Counted from the stretch's first letter, positions 13,519 to 26,484 are shown. The stretch: 64,000 nt of DNA from Chiloscyllium plagiosum (GCF_004010195.1 NC_057718.1:43656280-43720279), one strand, 5' to 3'. Notes: generated by a model not told the origin, from the letters alone. A program made the numbers and translations.

Positions 13519-13861
13519 CTTGGTTTTGGCTGTTTCTGCCCACTATTAAGAAATCCATTTTGGAATTACAAATTAAAAATATCCATAGTACTTAAGGGTT
13601 CCAATCTGTGGATATTACAAGATGTTATAGACATATTCTGTAAATTTTAAAATTATGCAGGTCTCTCATTGCCCGCAGGATTAAAAACAATTTTCTCAAT
13701 TCATATTTTTCCTTTACTTTCAAAGTAAATTGAATAAAACTGATACAACTGGATGCTATCAATAACAGATAGAGATTTTATAATTTGTAATATCCTTCTT
13801 TCAGCTTGAAGATGAAGATCTGTGTTCAGGGAATTAATTAAAATTGTATTTTAATCTTCAG

Positions 13862-14092
13862 CTCCAGCAGGACAAATTACACCTAAAGTGGAAGCAGTAA
13901 ACAGCATAATGATAAAACTATACTGGCAACCACCTGGGGATAGGAATGGTCTCCTTCCATGTACCAGCTGGAAAGGATGGATACGTCTTTATTTAGCCAC
14001 TTTTTGCATGCTGAGAGAAACAGACATTTCCCTAGTCATGGCTACTTCAAAATTTCTGAGTTCAACTCTGCCTGTCAACACTTCCTTTAACG
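13862..14092 (+). CDS. USH2A: Usherin-like exon (USH2A exon 21 equivalent; end of an FN3 repeat into laminin G) with a compensated frameshift
   Basis: Acceptor ttttaatcttcag|, donor ACG|gtaatt, 231 nt, phase 1-1. Reads APAGQITPKVEAVNSIMIKLYWQPPGDRNG, then in a shifted frame YQLERMDTSLFSHFLHAERNRHFPSHGYFK, then back in frame FLSSTLPVNTSFNG. Colinear with recalled human APAQLRPPLVKGINSTTIHLRWFPPEELNGPSPIYQLER..GNGYCKFPSSTHPVNTDFTG. Confidence 0.9.
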
Positions 14093-14330
14093 GTAATTAC
14101 TTTGTCATGTTAACAGTAGTGCTATTTTACTAATAACATGCATGCCACAACCAAAAAAGTAACTGTAGAGCTTAAAATCTTTTATGCAGACTTCTAGAAC
14201 AGAGTGAAAGATACTTAGATATGATTCAGGAAATGTGAGCCAACATAATAAATAGAACATTTCACCCATATTGTGAGATTACAATTTCTGTTAATCTCAG
14301 TTGAAAGACCTGTGTTACTACTTATAGGAT

Positions 14331-15210
14331 GAGGCAGTGGCATAGTGGTGATGTTACTGGACTACTAATCCAAAAGACCAAGCAAATGTTCTCTGGACAT
14401 AGGTTTGAATCTCACCTTGCCATATGGTGGAATTTGAACATAACTAATAGTTAAAAACTGTTCTAATGATGACCATGAAACTAGGTTAAAAATCACACAA
14501 CACCAGGTTATAGTCCAACAGGTTTAATTGGAAGACGATAACCTGGTGTTGTGTGATTTTTAACTTTGTACACCCCAGACCAACACCGGCATCTCCAAAT
14601 CATGACCATGAAACTATTGTTTATTGTCATAAAAGCCCATCTGGTTCACTCATGTCCTTTTGAGAGGGAAACTTCTTCTCCTTATGCCATCTGGCCGACA
14701 TGAGACTCCAGACCCACAGCAACATGGTTGACCTTTAAATGCCTTCTGAAATGGCTTAGCAAGCCACTCAGTTGCTATAAAGTCTCAGAAAAAGACTGAG
14801 ACCTTACAGACCACCTGCCCTTGACCTAGGCTCCAGAAATGCAATAACATCCCGGCTCAGTTGATCCTGCAAAGGTTCCCTTGTTAGCATCTGAGGATTT
14901 GTGCAAAATTTGGGAGAAGTGTCCAATAGTTTGGTCCAGGAATAGCCTGACATAGTCACATGCGTGGAGACATACATTACAGTTAACATTTTTCTCTGTC
15001 CCACTGCAACACAGACCTACCAGAGATGGCAAGACAATGGTATAAAATGAGAAGGAAAATGACCTGGAGTCCTCAATATTACTTCTAGACTCCAAGAAGT
15101 CTCCTGGCAGTAGGTCAAACTTCTCCTGATTGCCACTTACTGCCCCACCTCAGCTGATAAATCAGTACTCCTCCATACTGAACACCATTTGGAAGAAGCA
15201 CTGAATATGA
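14331..15210 (+). mobile_element. tRNA-headed LINE 5' portion (SINE-like head plus start of APE), copy 1
   Basis: A-box-like TGGCATAGTGG (14338), B-box-like GGTTTGAATC (14402), central ccatctggttcact..gactccagacccacagcaa, then APE-coding sequence homologous to 15600-15990. Confidence 0.75.
14484..14601. mobile_element. Short PLE terminal-repeat insertion forming an inverted repeat, 15-bp target-site duplication (TSD)
   Basis: gttaaaaatcacacaacaccaggttat inverted to ataacctggtgttgtgtgatttttaac; TSD atgaccatgaaacta at 14469-14483 and 14602-14616; same family as the end of 28845-29682. Confidence 0.8.
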
Positions 15211-15216
15211 CAAAGG

Positions 15217-16850
15217 GGAGGCAATGACCAAAAGGTATTATTGTTAGATTATTTATCCAGAAACTCAGCTAATGTTCTAGACACATGGGTTTGAATCCCA
15301 CCAAGGCAGAAGGTGGAATCTGAATGCACTAAACAATATCTGGAATGAAGGATCGACTGGTAACCATGAAACTATTGTGGATTGTCAGAAACACCATCAG
15401 TGAAAGAAATCCGCCTTTCTTACCTGGTTTGGCTTATATGTACCTCCAGGCACACAACAATGTGGTTAACTCTCAACTGCCCTCTGAAATGGCCTTGCAA
15501 GGCACTCAGTTGTACTAATCGTTACAAAGTCTTAACAAAGAAATGAAATTGGATGGACCACCTGGCATCACCCTAGGAGCCAGAAAAGACTATGGCAGAA
15601 ACAGCCCTGTCAATCCTGCAAGTCCTCCTTACTAACATCTGTGAGTTATCACAAAATTGGGAGAATGGTGTCACAGATTAGTCAAGCAATAGCCTGACAC
15701 AGTGATGCTCATGGAATCACATCTTACAGATAATGTCCCAGACACCAACTAACACCGTCTCTGGATATGCCCCATCGACAGGACAGACCTGGCAGAACAT
15801 TGGCATACAGTCAAGAGGGAGTTTTCCTGGGAGTCCTCCACATTAATGCCAGATCCCAGGAAGTCTAAAGGTATCAGATTAAACATGGGCAAGGAAACCT
15901 CCTTGTGATTATTATGAACCGTCCTCCCTCGGCTGATGAATTGATATTCCTCTGTGTTGACCAGCACATGGAGGAAGCATTGAGGGTGGCAAAGCTGTAA
16001 AATGTACACTAAGTGGGGGATTTCAATGTTGACTACCACAGTGGATCAGCAGCAGCACTACTGATCGAGCCGGTTGGGTCCTAAAGGACAAAGCTGCTAG
16101 ACTGGATCTGCAGCAGGTGTTGAGGGAACCAACACAAGAGAAAAGCATATTTAACCTCATCATTATCAATCGGCTGGCTGCAGATGCATGTGTCCAGGAC
16201 AGTATCGGTAAGAGTGACCACAGCATGATCTTTATGGAGACGAAATCCCACCTTCACATTGAGAATAACCTCCATTGTATTGTATAGCACTATCACCGTA
16301 TGGTTTTGAACAGATCTAGCAACTGGGCATCCATGAGGTGCTGTGGGCCCTCAACAGCAGCAGAATTGTCCTCCAGCACAATCTGCAACCTCATGACACT
16401 CAACCATTACCATCAAGCCAGGGGACCAACTCTGGTTCAATGGAGAATGCAGGAGGGCATACCAGGAGCAGCACCAAGCATTCCTAAAAATGATGTGTCA
16501 ACCTGATGAAGCTACAACACAGGGTAGGTGCATGTTAAACAGTGGAAACAGCATCTAATAGACAGGACTGAGAGATTCCACAACCAATGAATCAAATCTA
16601 AGTTCTGCAATCCTTCCAGATTCAATAATGGCAGTGGACAATTAATCAGCTAACAAAAGACACAGGCTCCTTTAAATAATCCCATCAATGTGAGACCAGC
16701 ACTTAAGTGCAAAATACAAAGCAGAAGCATTTCCTTCCATCTTCAAACAGAAGTAAAAAGTGGATGATCCCATTCGGCCAGCTGCGGTTTCCAATAGCAT
16801 AAATGCCAGTCTTCAGCCAATTTGATTAATCCACAGGATATCAAGTTATC
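15217..16850 (+). mobile_element. tRNA-headed LINE 5' portion with APE endonuclease, copy 2
   Basis: Same head as copy 1, then degenerate APE: LVKQ*PDTVMLMESHL, GDFNV (ggggatttcaatgtt ~16016), VLREPT, IGKSDH. Confidence 0.85.
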
Positions 16851-18807
16851 AACATGTGAATATTTGATTTGTTTTAGAATTATCATTGAAATGAAGGATG
16901 GTGATGACAAGAAATAGAATAATTCTCCATCTAAGTATCCATTTTATTATTAAGCAATATCTGACTTAAGATACTTATTTGTTGCAATCTCCAAGCAACT
17001 TCACAATCGAGAACTTCAGAGAACAGGGCCTCAAGACAACATTGCCAGATATGATATTTACACTGAAACTTAACATTTCTAAAATTGTCTTAAATTGAAG
17101 AACTATCAACAGAATAGTGAGTGTCCTTCTATGTAGCGTTCATACAGTAGACAACAAAACAGGTATACACAATAAAAATGTGCGTAAGGAAAACAAGGCT
17201 AAAAAGAACTCATTATTTCTGAAACTCTAAGATAAAATTTCTTCTCCACTATTTTAATGAATGCATTAACCCATTGATTTAAAAGATTTTAGTTCCAGTT
17301 ATAACAGTAATAGTAATTTCCTGACTATACAACGGGCAACTGAAACAAATTATTTCTTTCCGTGTTCAGTTAATATGTGGCCATAGGCAGAAAAGTTAAA
17401 CCAGTTAGTGTTTTAATTGATTCTTGACCACTGTTGCCAATTGCATTTGAACCACCAAGGCAAACTGAAGGATGACTGCTAGAGACAAGGGCTATCCCCG
17501 ACTCATACTTGATGCACACAGTCCATGCATAAGTATGTAGCATTAATACAAGGAGAATCATGTGACAGTACAGACTATTACTGTGCTGAAATAAAACTCC
17601 ATCTGTCCAGACCACTCAGGAGGAGTCCTGCAACTTTCAGCATAGGTTCGCAATCATAAAGGGTCAGGCCTTGTCACTATTTAAACAGGAAGCAAGTCCA
17701 GAGTAGGAGCATGAGGAGCGAAAGGTGAAGAGAGGAGACCATCTAGGTAGTCCCCTTCTGGCCACGCAGTTAGCCAAATGAACCCACCCAATCTGACGCC
17801 AGTTATTGCAATGCCAATTCCCCATTTGTCAATAGTTTGACACCATACCTTTCCTCTTACCGGCTGTAAAAATGATCATCATCAGAAAGTAAATAATCTA
17901 AAGAAAATTCATAAATGTAATCATTCCATGTTGAAAACAAAAAACAACTAATCACCTATCTTCTTTGTGTATTTGCCTGTCTAAATGCTCTTATTCAGTG
18001 TAGTGGATAGAGTGGAAGTTACCATAGGCTGTTCTCTCATTACAAAGATATGACTTAATAGCAAGTTTAACCTGGGGGACACTTTGCCTCAGGTAGGGAT
18101 GAAGTTGAGAAGGCAGGGCCTTTATGGTGACTGTAGTTAGCACAGGATCGGCCAACCATCCATCCAACTGAGCTAACTGACCATCACTTTCCTATGAAGT
18201 ACTGAGTAACAGTTGATTTCTAGCAAAGAAGACTGAAAAATAGTTTTTCAGGATAATTTAAGTAGTTGGTGTATTTAAATAGTATCTAGAAGGCCCAGCT
18301 GGCAATAACCTGGGCTGGCTGTTTGACAAGTAATATCCAAGGCACTGTAGAGTGGCAAGGTTCACAGTTTGAAGGCTATTCTCTGGAGTGCAAATAGCAG
18401 GTTTGTACACAGTGGAACCACTGTCAATGCTCCATGGTACTCCTAGTAATTTGTTGGCGAGCAGATAAACACTGGCAGGCATGCTTGTGGCTCATAGAGG
18501 GCAGAGGGGGTCTCAAATATCCTTCCTTCTCTCCCATAACTACTGTTCAGGCTCCCTGTGCTCAATGGAGGACCTGACAAGGGGTTGCCCTCCTGAAAAA
18601 CATACCTGCCCTTTGAAGTGACCAGCTCCACCACTTGCCTGACAGCCCCCAGTGACTCTGTCCCACTTATCTGTAATTTGGGGCAGCAGTGATTATATTT
18701 CTCTTGAGGCCAATATCATCCTCAGCAGTTGTCACTGTTCTTAGTGGCACTCCAGGAAATGAAAAGCACCAACTTCTGATTGGCTGACAACTCACAGAGG
18801 CAGCATA

Positions 18808-19156
18808 TTAGGGGAATTGACATGGTAGATGCGGAGAAGTTGATTTCTATTGTGGATGTGACGAAGATGAGAGCCCATAATTTCAGAATAAGGGATTGCT
18901 AATTTAAGACAGAGCTTCTCTGAGTGTTGTGAATTTGCGGAATTCTTTACCGCAAAGGATTCTCAAAGCTGTGTCATTAAATATGCTTCCAAGGCTGAGG
19001 CAATCAGATTTTAATCAGTATGGGAATTAATGGTTATTGGGAAAAGGCAGGAAAGTGAAGATGAAGGTTATCCGTTCAGCCATAATCTCATGGCATGGTG
19101 GAACAGACTCAATGGGCTGAATGGCCTACTTCTGCACTGACATCATATGGTTATAT
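18808..19156 (+). mobile_element. CR1 LINE 3' end, decayed
   Basis: gttgtgaatttgcggaattctttaccgc and 3' UTR gggctgaatggcctacttctgc. Confidence 0.8.
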
Positions 19157-22100
19157 AATTTCCCTGCAGAGGTCAGCAATCCAGATGCTGAACAGGTAAG
19201 TGCCTGATGGATTTTCAATCAAGTTGGGGCACCTTGAAATGATTGAGACATGATTCCATTAGCTTCCCAACCAGTCGATGGGCTCAATGCGGTGACCATT
19301 AAATCCAGCACATTGCTTTCATGTGGCCATGCATATTCATTCTAATATTTATGTTGATAGTAAAGTACTTGGCAAAGGATTTATTTAATCTGTGGAGAAC
19401 TGATAATTTACTTTTTTACGCAAGATTTCACTTCATCTTACTGTAAAGTAAAAGGGAAACAACATCAAGGAGAATCCTAACAAGACATAAAAAAATTAAT
19501 GAAACCAGAAGGAGAAAGAGAGGTTGAGAGAAAGAGAGGTTGAGAGAAAGAGAAAGTCAAACAGAAAGAAAGCTCAGGAAGAGAAACTCAATTTTTGTTA
19601 TTAACTTTATCTATGAGCAGCCTCACTGATGATCAGCTAGTTTGATGAAAACCAACGTCCAATATTTTAAGAAATTAGATTAATTATATTTGGTCACAAT
19701 CACAAAATCAGCTAAAAGTAAAGGAAAACTTTCTATAGACATCATTAGTTTTTACCCATTTAAGATTAATCATGAAAAGCCCCAGATCTTTAATTTGGCA
19801 ATTTGTATATTTAATGGCCTGCTGCAGAATCTATGACAGTAATTAGCATAGCCTGAAAACTCATTAATACACAACAACATGATTAATGCTGCATTAATGC
19901 AAACATGACTGAAGTTATTTGGGTTATGTAGTAAGTAGATTAAAACAAAAAGTCCTGTTTGTTTTGGTTATCATGCTAATAAAAGAACTGCATGGAATTG
20001 TAAAAGTGATTTTCATAATCAACTCTCCAGCATCATCAAACACGATAATTCTGTATAAAGGAATTTTTCATAAGCCAGTTCCATAGTTTAACAATTCAGA
20101 TGTATGTTTCAGAATTCTATTGTTAAAAATGTTCCTCAAGATTGTTTTAGGCAAGAGACTGGTCAACGTGAGTTTCAATGGAGTTCTTTGCAAGGTTTCA
20201 AGCTTAGTTTGGGAATGTTTTACAATTTAAAAAGTAGTTCAGCTCTTACAGAGCATAAAGCAGCTTAATAGACCCTTCCTTTAATGAAGATCATGACATT
20301 TTGCTGTTTATGGAATGGCATTTGTGATGGAAGTTGACCAGGTATCAATAACCGCACATCTTTCATCTAGCTGGAAAGAGACTGGACAGGATTTTTGGAT
20401 GTTTGAAAAGGTCTTTTTTTATTTGTTTATACTTCAAGCAATTGCTAATCATATTATTTAACCCTTATTGATAACTCTTTGCTCACAATTTTCTCCATTT
20501 ATATTTTAAGATATGGAAACATTGGGTTGGACTTCTGTGTTCCTTGGTGGGTGAAGGAGTTGGAACAAAAATTAAGTCGTTTACTATTACTGCCCTATGT
20601 TCTCAGCTCATTCAATCAAGTGTCTTTTGGCCAGTCAGTAGCCATCCGAAAGAATGGAGGCCAACTGGAAATGCTAAGGGGGTGAGTGGGGTTCCATACC
20701 AATTAAGACTACAGACCAGGGTGTGGTGACAAAGGGGTATGCCACAAACTGGATGTTGGTCATGGCTACAAGTTCTCTGAATGTTCTCTGCTGATTTTTA
20801 TTGAAGATTCAGCAAGCTGATAGATTAGTAAGAAGAAACATCCAGACATTACCACCTTTCCTGGCAGAATTTGCTGTTTAGTCAGCATGATCTAGACTTT
20901 AATACACCCTTGTCCTGATTCTCCATTGCTGCCATAAAACACTCCCAAAATGTTTTCATTTCCAACATCTGAAAAGTGTAACTGGGCCTTTGTAGAGAAC
21001 TTTAGGAAATAGTAAAAAAACAAAAATAATAGGGACCATTGGATGAGAACTTGTTGTTGCCAATGAATAAATGGCATCCATCATTTGTTCGATTTGCCCT
21101 TTCCCATTGAATCTCCATGATAATTTAAACAGCAAGTTGCTGCTGGTGCAAAATTGAAATGGCAGGGTGCCCACTGTAGGGCATCTGCAATCTCCATGAA
21201 CAGGGCAAGGAACTGTGTATCTTCTCAAATAATCAGATTGAAGGAATGATGATTGACCAGTTCAAGACTGAAACAAAGTAGTGAACTTATTGCCAGGTCA
21301 GATACAGAATCTGAAATAAAGGAAGTAAAACAGAATTTAAAATAACACAAGGAATTACAAATGGAAATGAAAATTCATCTCCTAATTCTTATATTTTAGT
21401 ACCTGAGAATTGTTTAGTAGCTATGAAGACTTCTTACTCCATGGAAAAAGGAAAAAGACAAGTTCTAACTTTATTGTGGTAGTTTTCCCACCTGTCTACT
21501 ATCGAAGTATAGGAATTTTAAACATTTCAGTACATTGAATAGGCAGCAAAATGGTGAGATACTGTTTTCATGTAGCAAGCAACGGAGTAGTACATTTTGT
21601 CAGCAATTAATGGATTTCTGCTTTTAACTGCATATTTCAACTTACCTGAAGTTACTGTCAGATTGCCACATAAATATCAGTGAGCCCCATTAGCCTTATC
21701 ATTATTTTAAAGTAAATTCTGGCCCATTGTCAAACTATCAAATAAAGTGCAGTGAAAATATTCTTGGCCATTTCATGATGAAGTTTACAGACATCTGGTA
21801 CTGCTAAGTGTTCTCCCCAAATGTTTCCATAGCAACCATATTAATTAACCTTTAACTTCCTGTATCTTGCTGGAAACAATTACATATATTAAGGATTTTT
21901 ATCTTACTTTTTACTAATTACTGCAGTTTAAATTAAATCAGAATAATTATAGAGGTTTTCAATTTTATTTTTATCCATAAACCTATATAACACACCCAGA
22001 AGTAATGTTCAGAATAAATTTGTCTTGTTTGTTTCATAATTTTATTAATACATTAGAATTCCCCACCAACAATTGTGGCTAAAGGACACCTTCATTATCA

Positions 22101-23029
22101 TATTATTAGATTAAAATGGTAATTATTACTAATATCATAATTATAATTTAAATTTTAAATGAGTCAAATTAGAAATTTAATAGCTATATAAAACGGAGAG
22201 GAGCTGCTGCTACAGAATGGACTACACACCAGAGGATCTAATACATATGTGCATAGGGCATGAAACTAACAAGTTAATATAGCACTGCATTATGATCATG
22301 GCATGGGTGTTACAGGTTTGTTTTCAATCAGTATGTGATCAGTTGTAGTCAAATAGTTATGGGTTTATATCTTAACAGGAATGTTTAATTTGAAGGGAGT
22401 ATTTGCTCAGGCACCAATTCAGTCCGCACGCCATGTTTGATTAATAGGAACAGTTGGAAAACGATAATGTTCTGTTCGCCATGGGATGTTCCCATTAAGA
22501 GGCTTCCACTATTTGCAGCTTGCTGAGAAGAAAACAAAACCTGTTCTTACTGGACCATCGTCATAATTGTATACCGCTTTCTCCTCTTAAGGCACAGAGA
22601 AAACAAGCTCAGTTCTTGATAACACTGCTGAATAACAACTCAAAAACTGCAGTAACCAGTGGTGGTAAATATAGGATAATTGTTTGGGACAAGTCTGATT
22701 TGATTTATTTCACAACTGGTAACCTGGCCAAATAACATGTTTTGTCAAGTTGAGTTCTGACTGTGAAATAAAATGGTATTTCATAGGTTCCAAGTGATTA
22801 TATTATTTCTGGTAGGAAAGGATTGCTAAATAAAAAATGTGTTGATTTCAAAGTATTCTTTTCATCTAAAGCTTTAGTGGAGAGTTCACATTAAACAGGA
22901 GTGAGTATTGAGCCTACTTTGGCATTTAATCACATTATATCTGATGTGGATCTCATCATTTACTTGCTTTGCTCCATATCCTTTAATATAGGTCTGCCCT
23001 CTCAAGCTACTCAAATAAAAGAAATGAGG

Positions 23030-23260
23030 ATTGAATGGAGGAAGGATAGAGGTGCCCTCACTGTGTCCTGGCCAATGTTTATCTGTCAACACTTAAAACA
23101 GTTAGATTTGGCAATTGATTTCATTGCTATTTATGGGACCTGGTTCTATCCAAATTGTAATATTGAATAATGACAGTCAATAGTGAGAGCACTTCAAAAT
23201 TACTTCATCAAACATAAAATACTGCTCTATTCTGAGGTGGCAATAGGTACTATGTAGGAG
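23030..23260 (+). mobile_element. Deu-type SINE remnant
   Basis: gtgtcctggccaatgtttatc..cacttcaaaattacttcat; homologous to 50125-50380. Confidence 0.55.
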
Positions 23261-23269
23261 ATAACTTAT

Positions 23270-24040
23270 CAAACTCAGTTTTGAAAATGTCAGTTGATAC
23301 AGTATCAAAATCCTTTTGGGGAGCTAGCTGTAGATTTTCATTACCCTATATATGAAAAGTACTTCCAGATTTCACTCCTAAATAGACTCATTTTAAGATT
23401 ATGCCTTCTTGTCCTCAATTCCCCTAATAGAAGAAATAATTTCTTGCTATCTACTCTAATCCCCTTATCATTTTAAATAACTCAATTAGATTACCTCTTA
23501 ACCTCCTACAGGAAAGCAAGTCAATTTATGTGACCTGTGCTACTATGTTAACTCTATAAGCACCCATCCTGAATGCAGTAATCCAGCTGAAGTATAATCA
23601 AAGCATTGTACATCTGAAACATCGCCGCCTCACATTTGGTTTTCAGCAGCCTTCACATAAATGCCATTAGCTTTTTTGATTAATTTAGTACCTGCACTAA
23701 GTATATTTAATTTATGTATAAGAATATCTAAAGCATTTGATTCTCCACAGCTCCTAATTTTCACCATTATGAAAAGATTCTAATTTGTTTTTTTCTCAAA
23801 TCCAAAGTAGATGACTTTGCACTCCCCTGTATTGAACTCCAACTATCATAGCTTACCTTCTCATATAATCAATCTATGTCTTTTTAATGTCTTGCTCCAA
23901 TTCATACCACTTATCGGGTTTAGCAATTTTATTTTAATCTGCAAACTTGTGTATGCAATTACTTACTCCTTCATCCAAATAAATATTCAACTATACAAGT
24001 AAAGAGCTGCTTGACACAGATCCATAACTTGATCCCACAC
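23270..24040 (-). mobile_element. CR1 RT fragment, decayed
   Basis: ttttaagattatgccttcttgtcctc and tcatccaaataaat resemble the reverse complement of CR1 ORF2. Confidence 0.65.
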
Positions 24041-24454
24041 TACTCCAATGGCAAGTTGCCAAGATTCAGTGAGTTGCTTCTTTGCATCAATAATGTTCTT
24101 TTTATCAAAGGGCTGCATTATTGATGTAGCTAAATTATTATTTGCTAAAAATCGGCAAATAGGTAAAAATGTGGTTCAATCATAACAATATTACAGCAAT
24201 GACCTTTTATGTGAGCAGTGTAAAATATTAGAATGCATAGGCTCATAATCACAGTGTTGAGAACGATATCATGCTATATAATTTCTCAACATAAATTCCT
24301 AAAATCCACTTGAATTACCTAAACTAATGGAATGTTGTGAAATAGTAACAAAAGCAAGATAAATTTAAATGCATGTGAATGAAGATAGTATTTAAATACA
24401 TTGGAACTACTGTTTTTATTAATATGGAGGGCATTTACCTTTCTTTCATGAATT

Positions 24455-24802
24455 AACAGGAAAAGACAGGGTGGACAAAGATAAACTATTTTCACTGGTG
24501 TGGATTCTAGAACTAGGAGGTATAGTCTGAGAATAAGGGCCAGACTGTTCAAGAGAAATGTTAGGAAGCACTTCTACACATTAAGCATGGTAACTGTTTG
24601 AAACTCACTTTTTTTACAGTGGATGCTGGATCAGTTATTGATTTCAAATTTAAGACAGATACATTTTTGTGAAGCAAAGGTATAAAGAGATATGGATTAA
24701 AGGTGGAGTTAGGCCACAGGTCAACCATGATTGAATTGAATGGCAGAACAGGCTCAAGGGGATGAATGGTCTACCCTTGTTTCTAGATTCCTATGTTCCT
24801 AT
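24455..24802 (+). mobile_element. CR1 LINE 3' end
   Basis: tctagaactaggagg (SRTR), 3' UTR and (ttcctatg) tail. Confidence 0.8.
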
Positions 24803-25341
24803 TTTAAAATTGGCAAATTAACAGATAGTCAAGACTCCCCAAAATTTGAACCACACATTAGTAACCAAGGCATGAAAATGAAGTGATGTATATTACAAAA
24901 ATAAATATTATGAATAAAGTAAGAAATTGACAATTGTCAAAGGAAGCTGTGATTTAACCAATATCTTAACCAAGGATATGCTGCTATACAGATAATTGGT
25001 ATGTGGGCAATAGGAGTTTCAATATATATCAAGGACAAAATTGGATTAATTAGGGCACCATGTGACTAAAAAAGGGACATATACTAAAGGAATGAAAGAA
25101 GTTACTAAAATGTAGAATAGTTCAACAATTAAGATTATTCAATTCAAGGTACTAAAGCACCAAAAAACTGGCATATCAACTAGACATAAATGAAGTTGTT
25201 CATTGCTACTTTCCATCCACTGAAGCATATGAACAGTTCTTCAAACATGTTTGGAAGACAAAACACTTTTGTCTTCCCTTTCAGAATAATAATAAGAAAG
25301 TAATAGTAATGATTTGAGTTTGATTTTTTTTTCTTCTATAG

Positions 25342-25472
25342 GTATAAAACTCAGCTTCAGGACCAGTCAACCCGATGGCTTGATTTCCTTTGTTGTGCCA
25401 GTGGGAAACCAGGAGGAGTATGTTGTGCTGCAGATACGAAATGGGCATCCTTTCTTTCTTTTCGATCCACAG
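25342..25472 (+). CDS. USH2A: Usherin-like exon (USH2A exon 22 equivalent; laminin G domain)
   Basis: Strong acceptor ttttttttcttctatag|, donor CAG|gtacat, 131 nt. Splices in frame to 14092 giving GIKLSFRTSQPDGLISFVVPVGNQEEYVVLQIRNGHPFFLFDPQ; recalled human is GIKASFRTKVPEGLIVFAASPGNQEEYFALQLKKGRLYFLFDPQ. Confidence 0.93.
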
Positions 25473-26484
25473 GTACATGTCAGTCAATAATTATGCAAAG
25501 GCTTCAGAGGGACTTCTTGCCTGCATTAAATCATCAGAGAAGGCACGGTTTAATAATTTAACAGCTGTGAAACAATAATGAAGTAATGACAGAATGCTGC
25601 CCTAGGATAATTTTGTTACCTTTCGATCAGCACAGACATAGGATCTGGAATGTTACAATTGTAGTTGTTTGTCACGTTCAGTCACTCTGCAGATAATTCA
25701 ACTGCTAAACAGGATTTGATTTATCATAACTATGTTAATTTTTTCAAAAGAAAATCAATTCATTTAGTAAAACAATGAAACATTGCAAGGAATTTTAAAA
25801 TAGAGAAGCCTTTAAGAAAGCCTAATTCATATGTATATAATGATAATATTCTCTTAATACCTTTAGGCCAATTTAACATGTGATTTGTTAGTACTGCGAC
25901 CCAGTGGGAGTGTATTTTGTTTTCTTGCAATGCATTGGATTTAAAGCATCAAACATTATGCAGACTCAGCATTCTGTGTACAGTCTTTTTATTAAGTGAT
26001 ATATATTTTAAATATACCCATAAAATATGATGGCATCCATCTAACTTGGGAGACTGCATCCAGGGTTTATGTCACTTCCTGAACGTCAATTGCTGTAGCT
26101 ATAGAGGCTGATTCATGAGTGGCAAACCCTTCTGTATTTGGGACAGATGAATAGCATTGGCTTCAGGCTGACTTCCAGTGTTCTTTCTTTTCTGCCATCT
26201 GCTTATTTATTTTGTCCTTTGTTTTTTTCACGCCTTTCCTGACTCCAGGCACTCCAGGTGTTACAATTCACTTGGGTCGCATGCTGGCAATTGAGCCCCA
26301 CAATTCCTGGAATTGTCACGAAAGTTAAAGGTTTTATAAACTGTGCAAAGTGCCCCAACTTACCTGACTTTCAGACCCAATTAATAATAAAAAAGACAGG
26401 CTTTTATAAAGAACAAGAATCACAAATTATTACAAGTAATTATATTCTACTTATGGGTAAACATTTATAAACTGTTGCCTATAG

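Noticed and set aside
13888..14133. 81-aa ORF as a stand-alone gene or short usherin isoform end
   Set aside because: It is the usherin-like exon read through into the intron; no evidence for a separate start or terminal exon.
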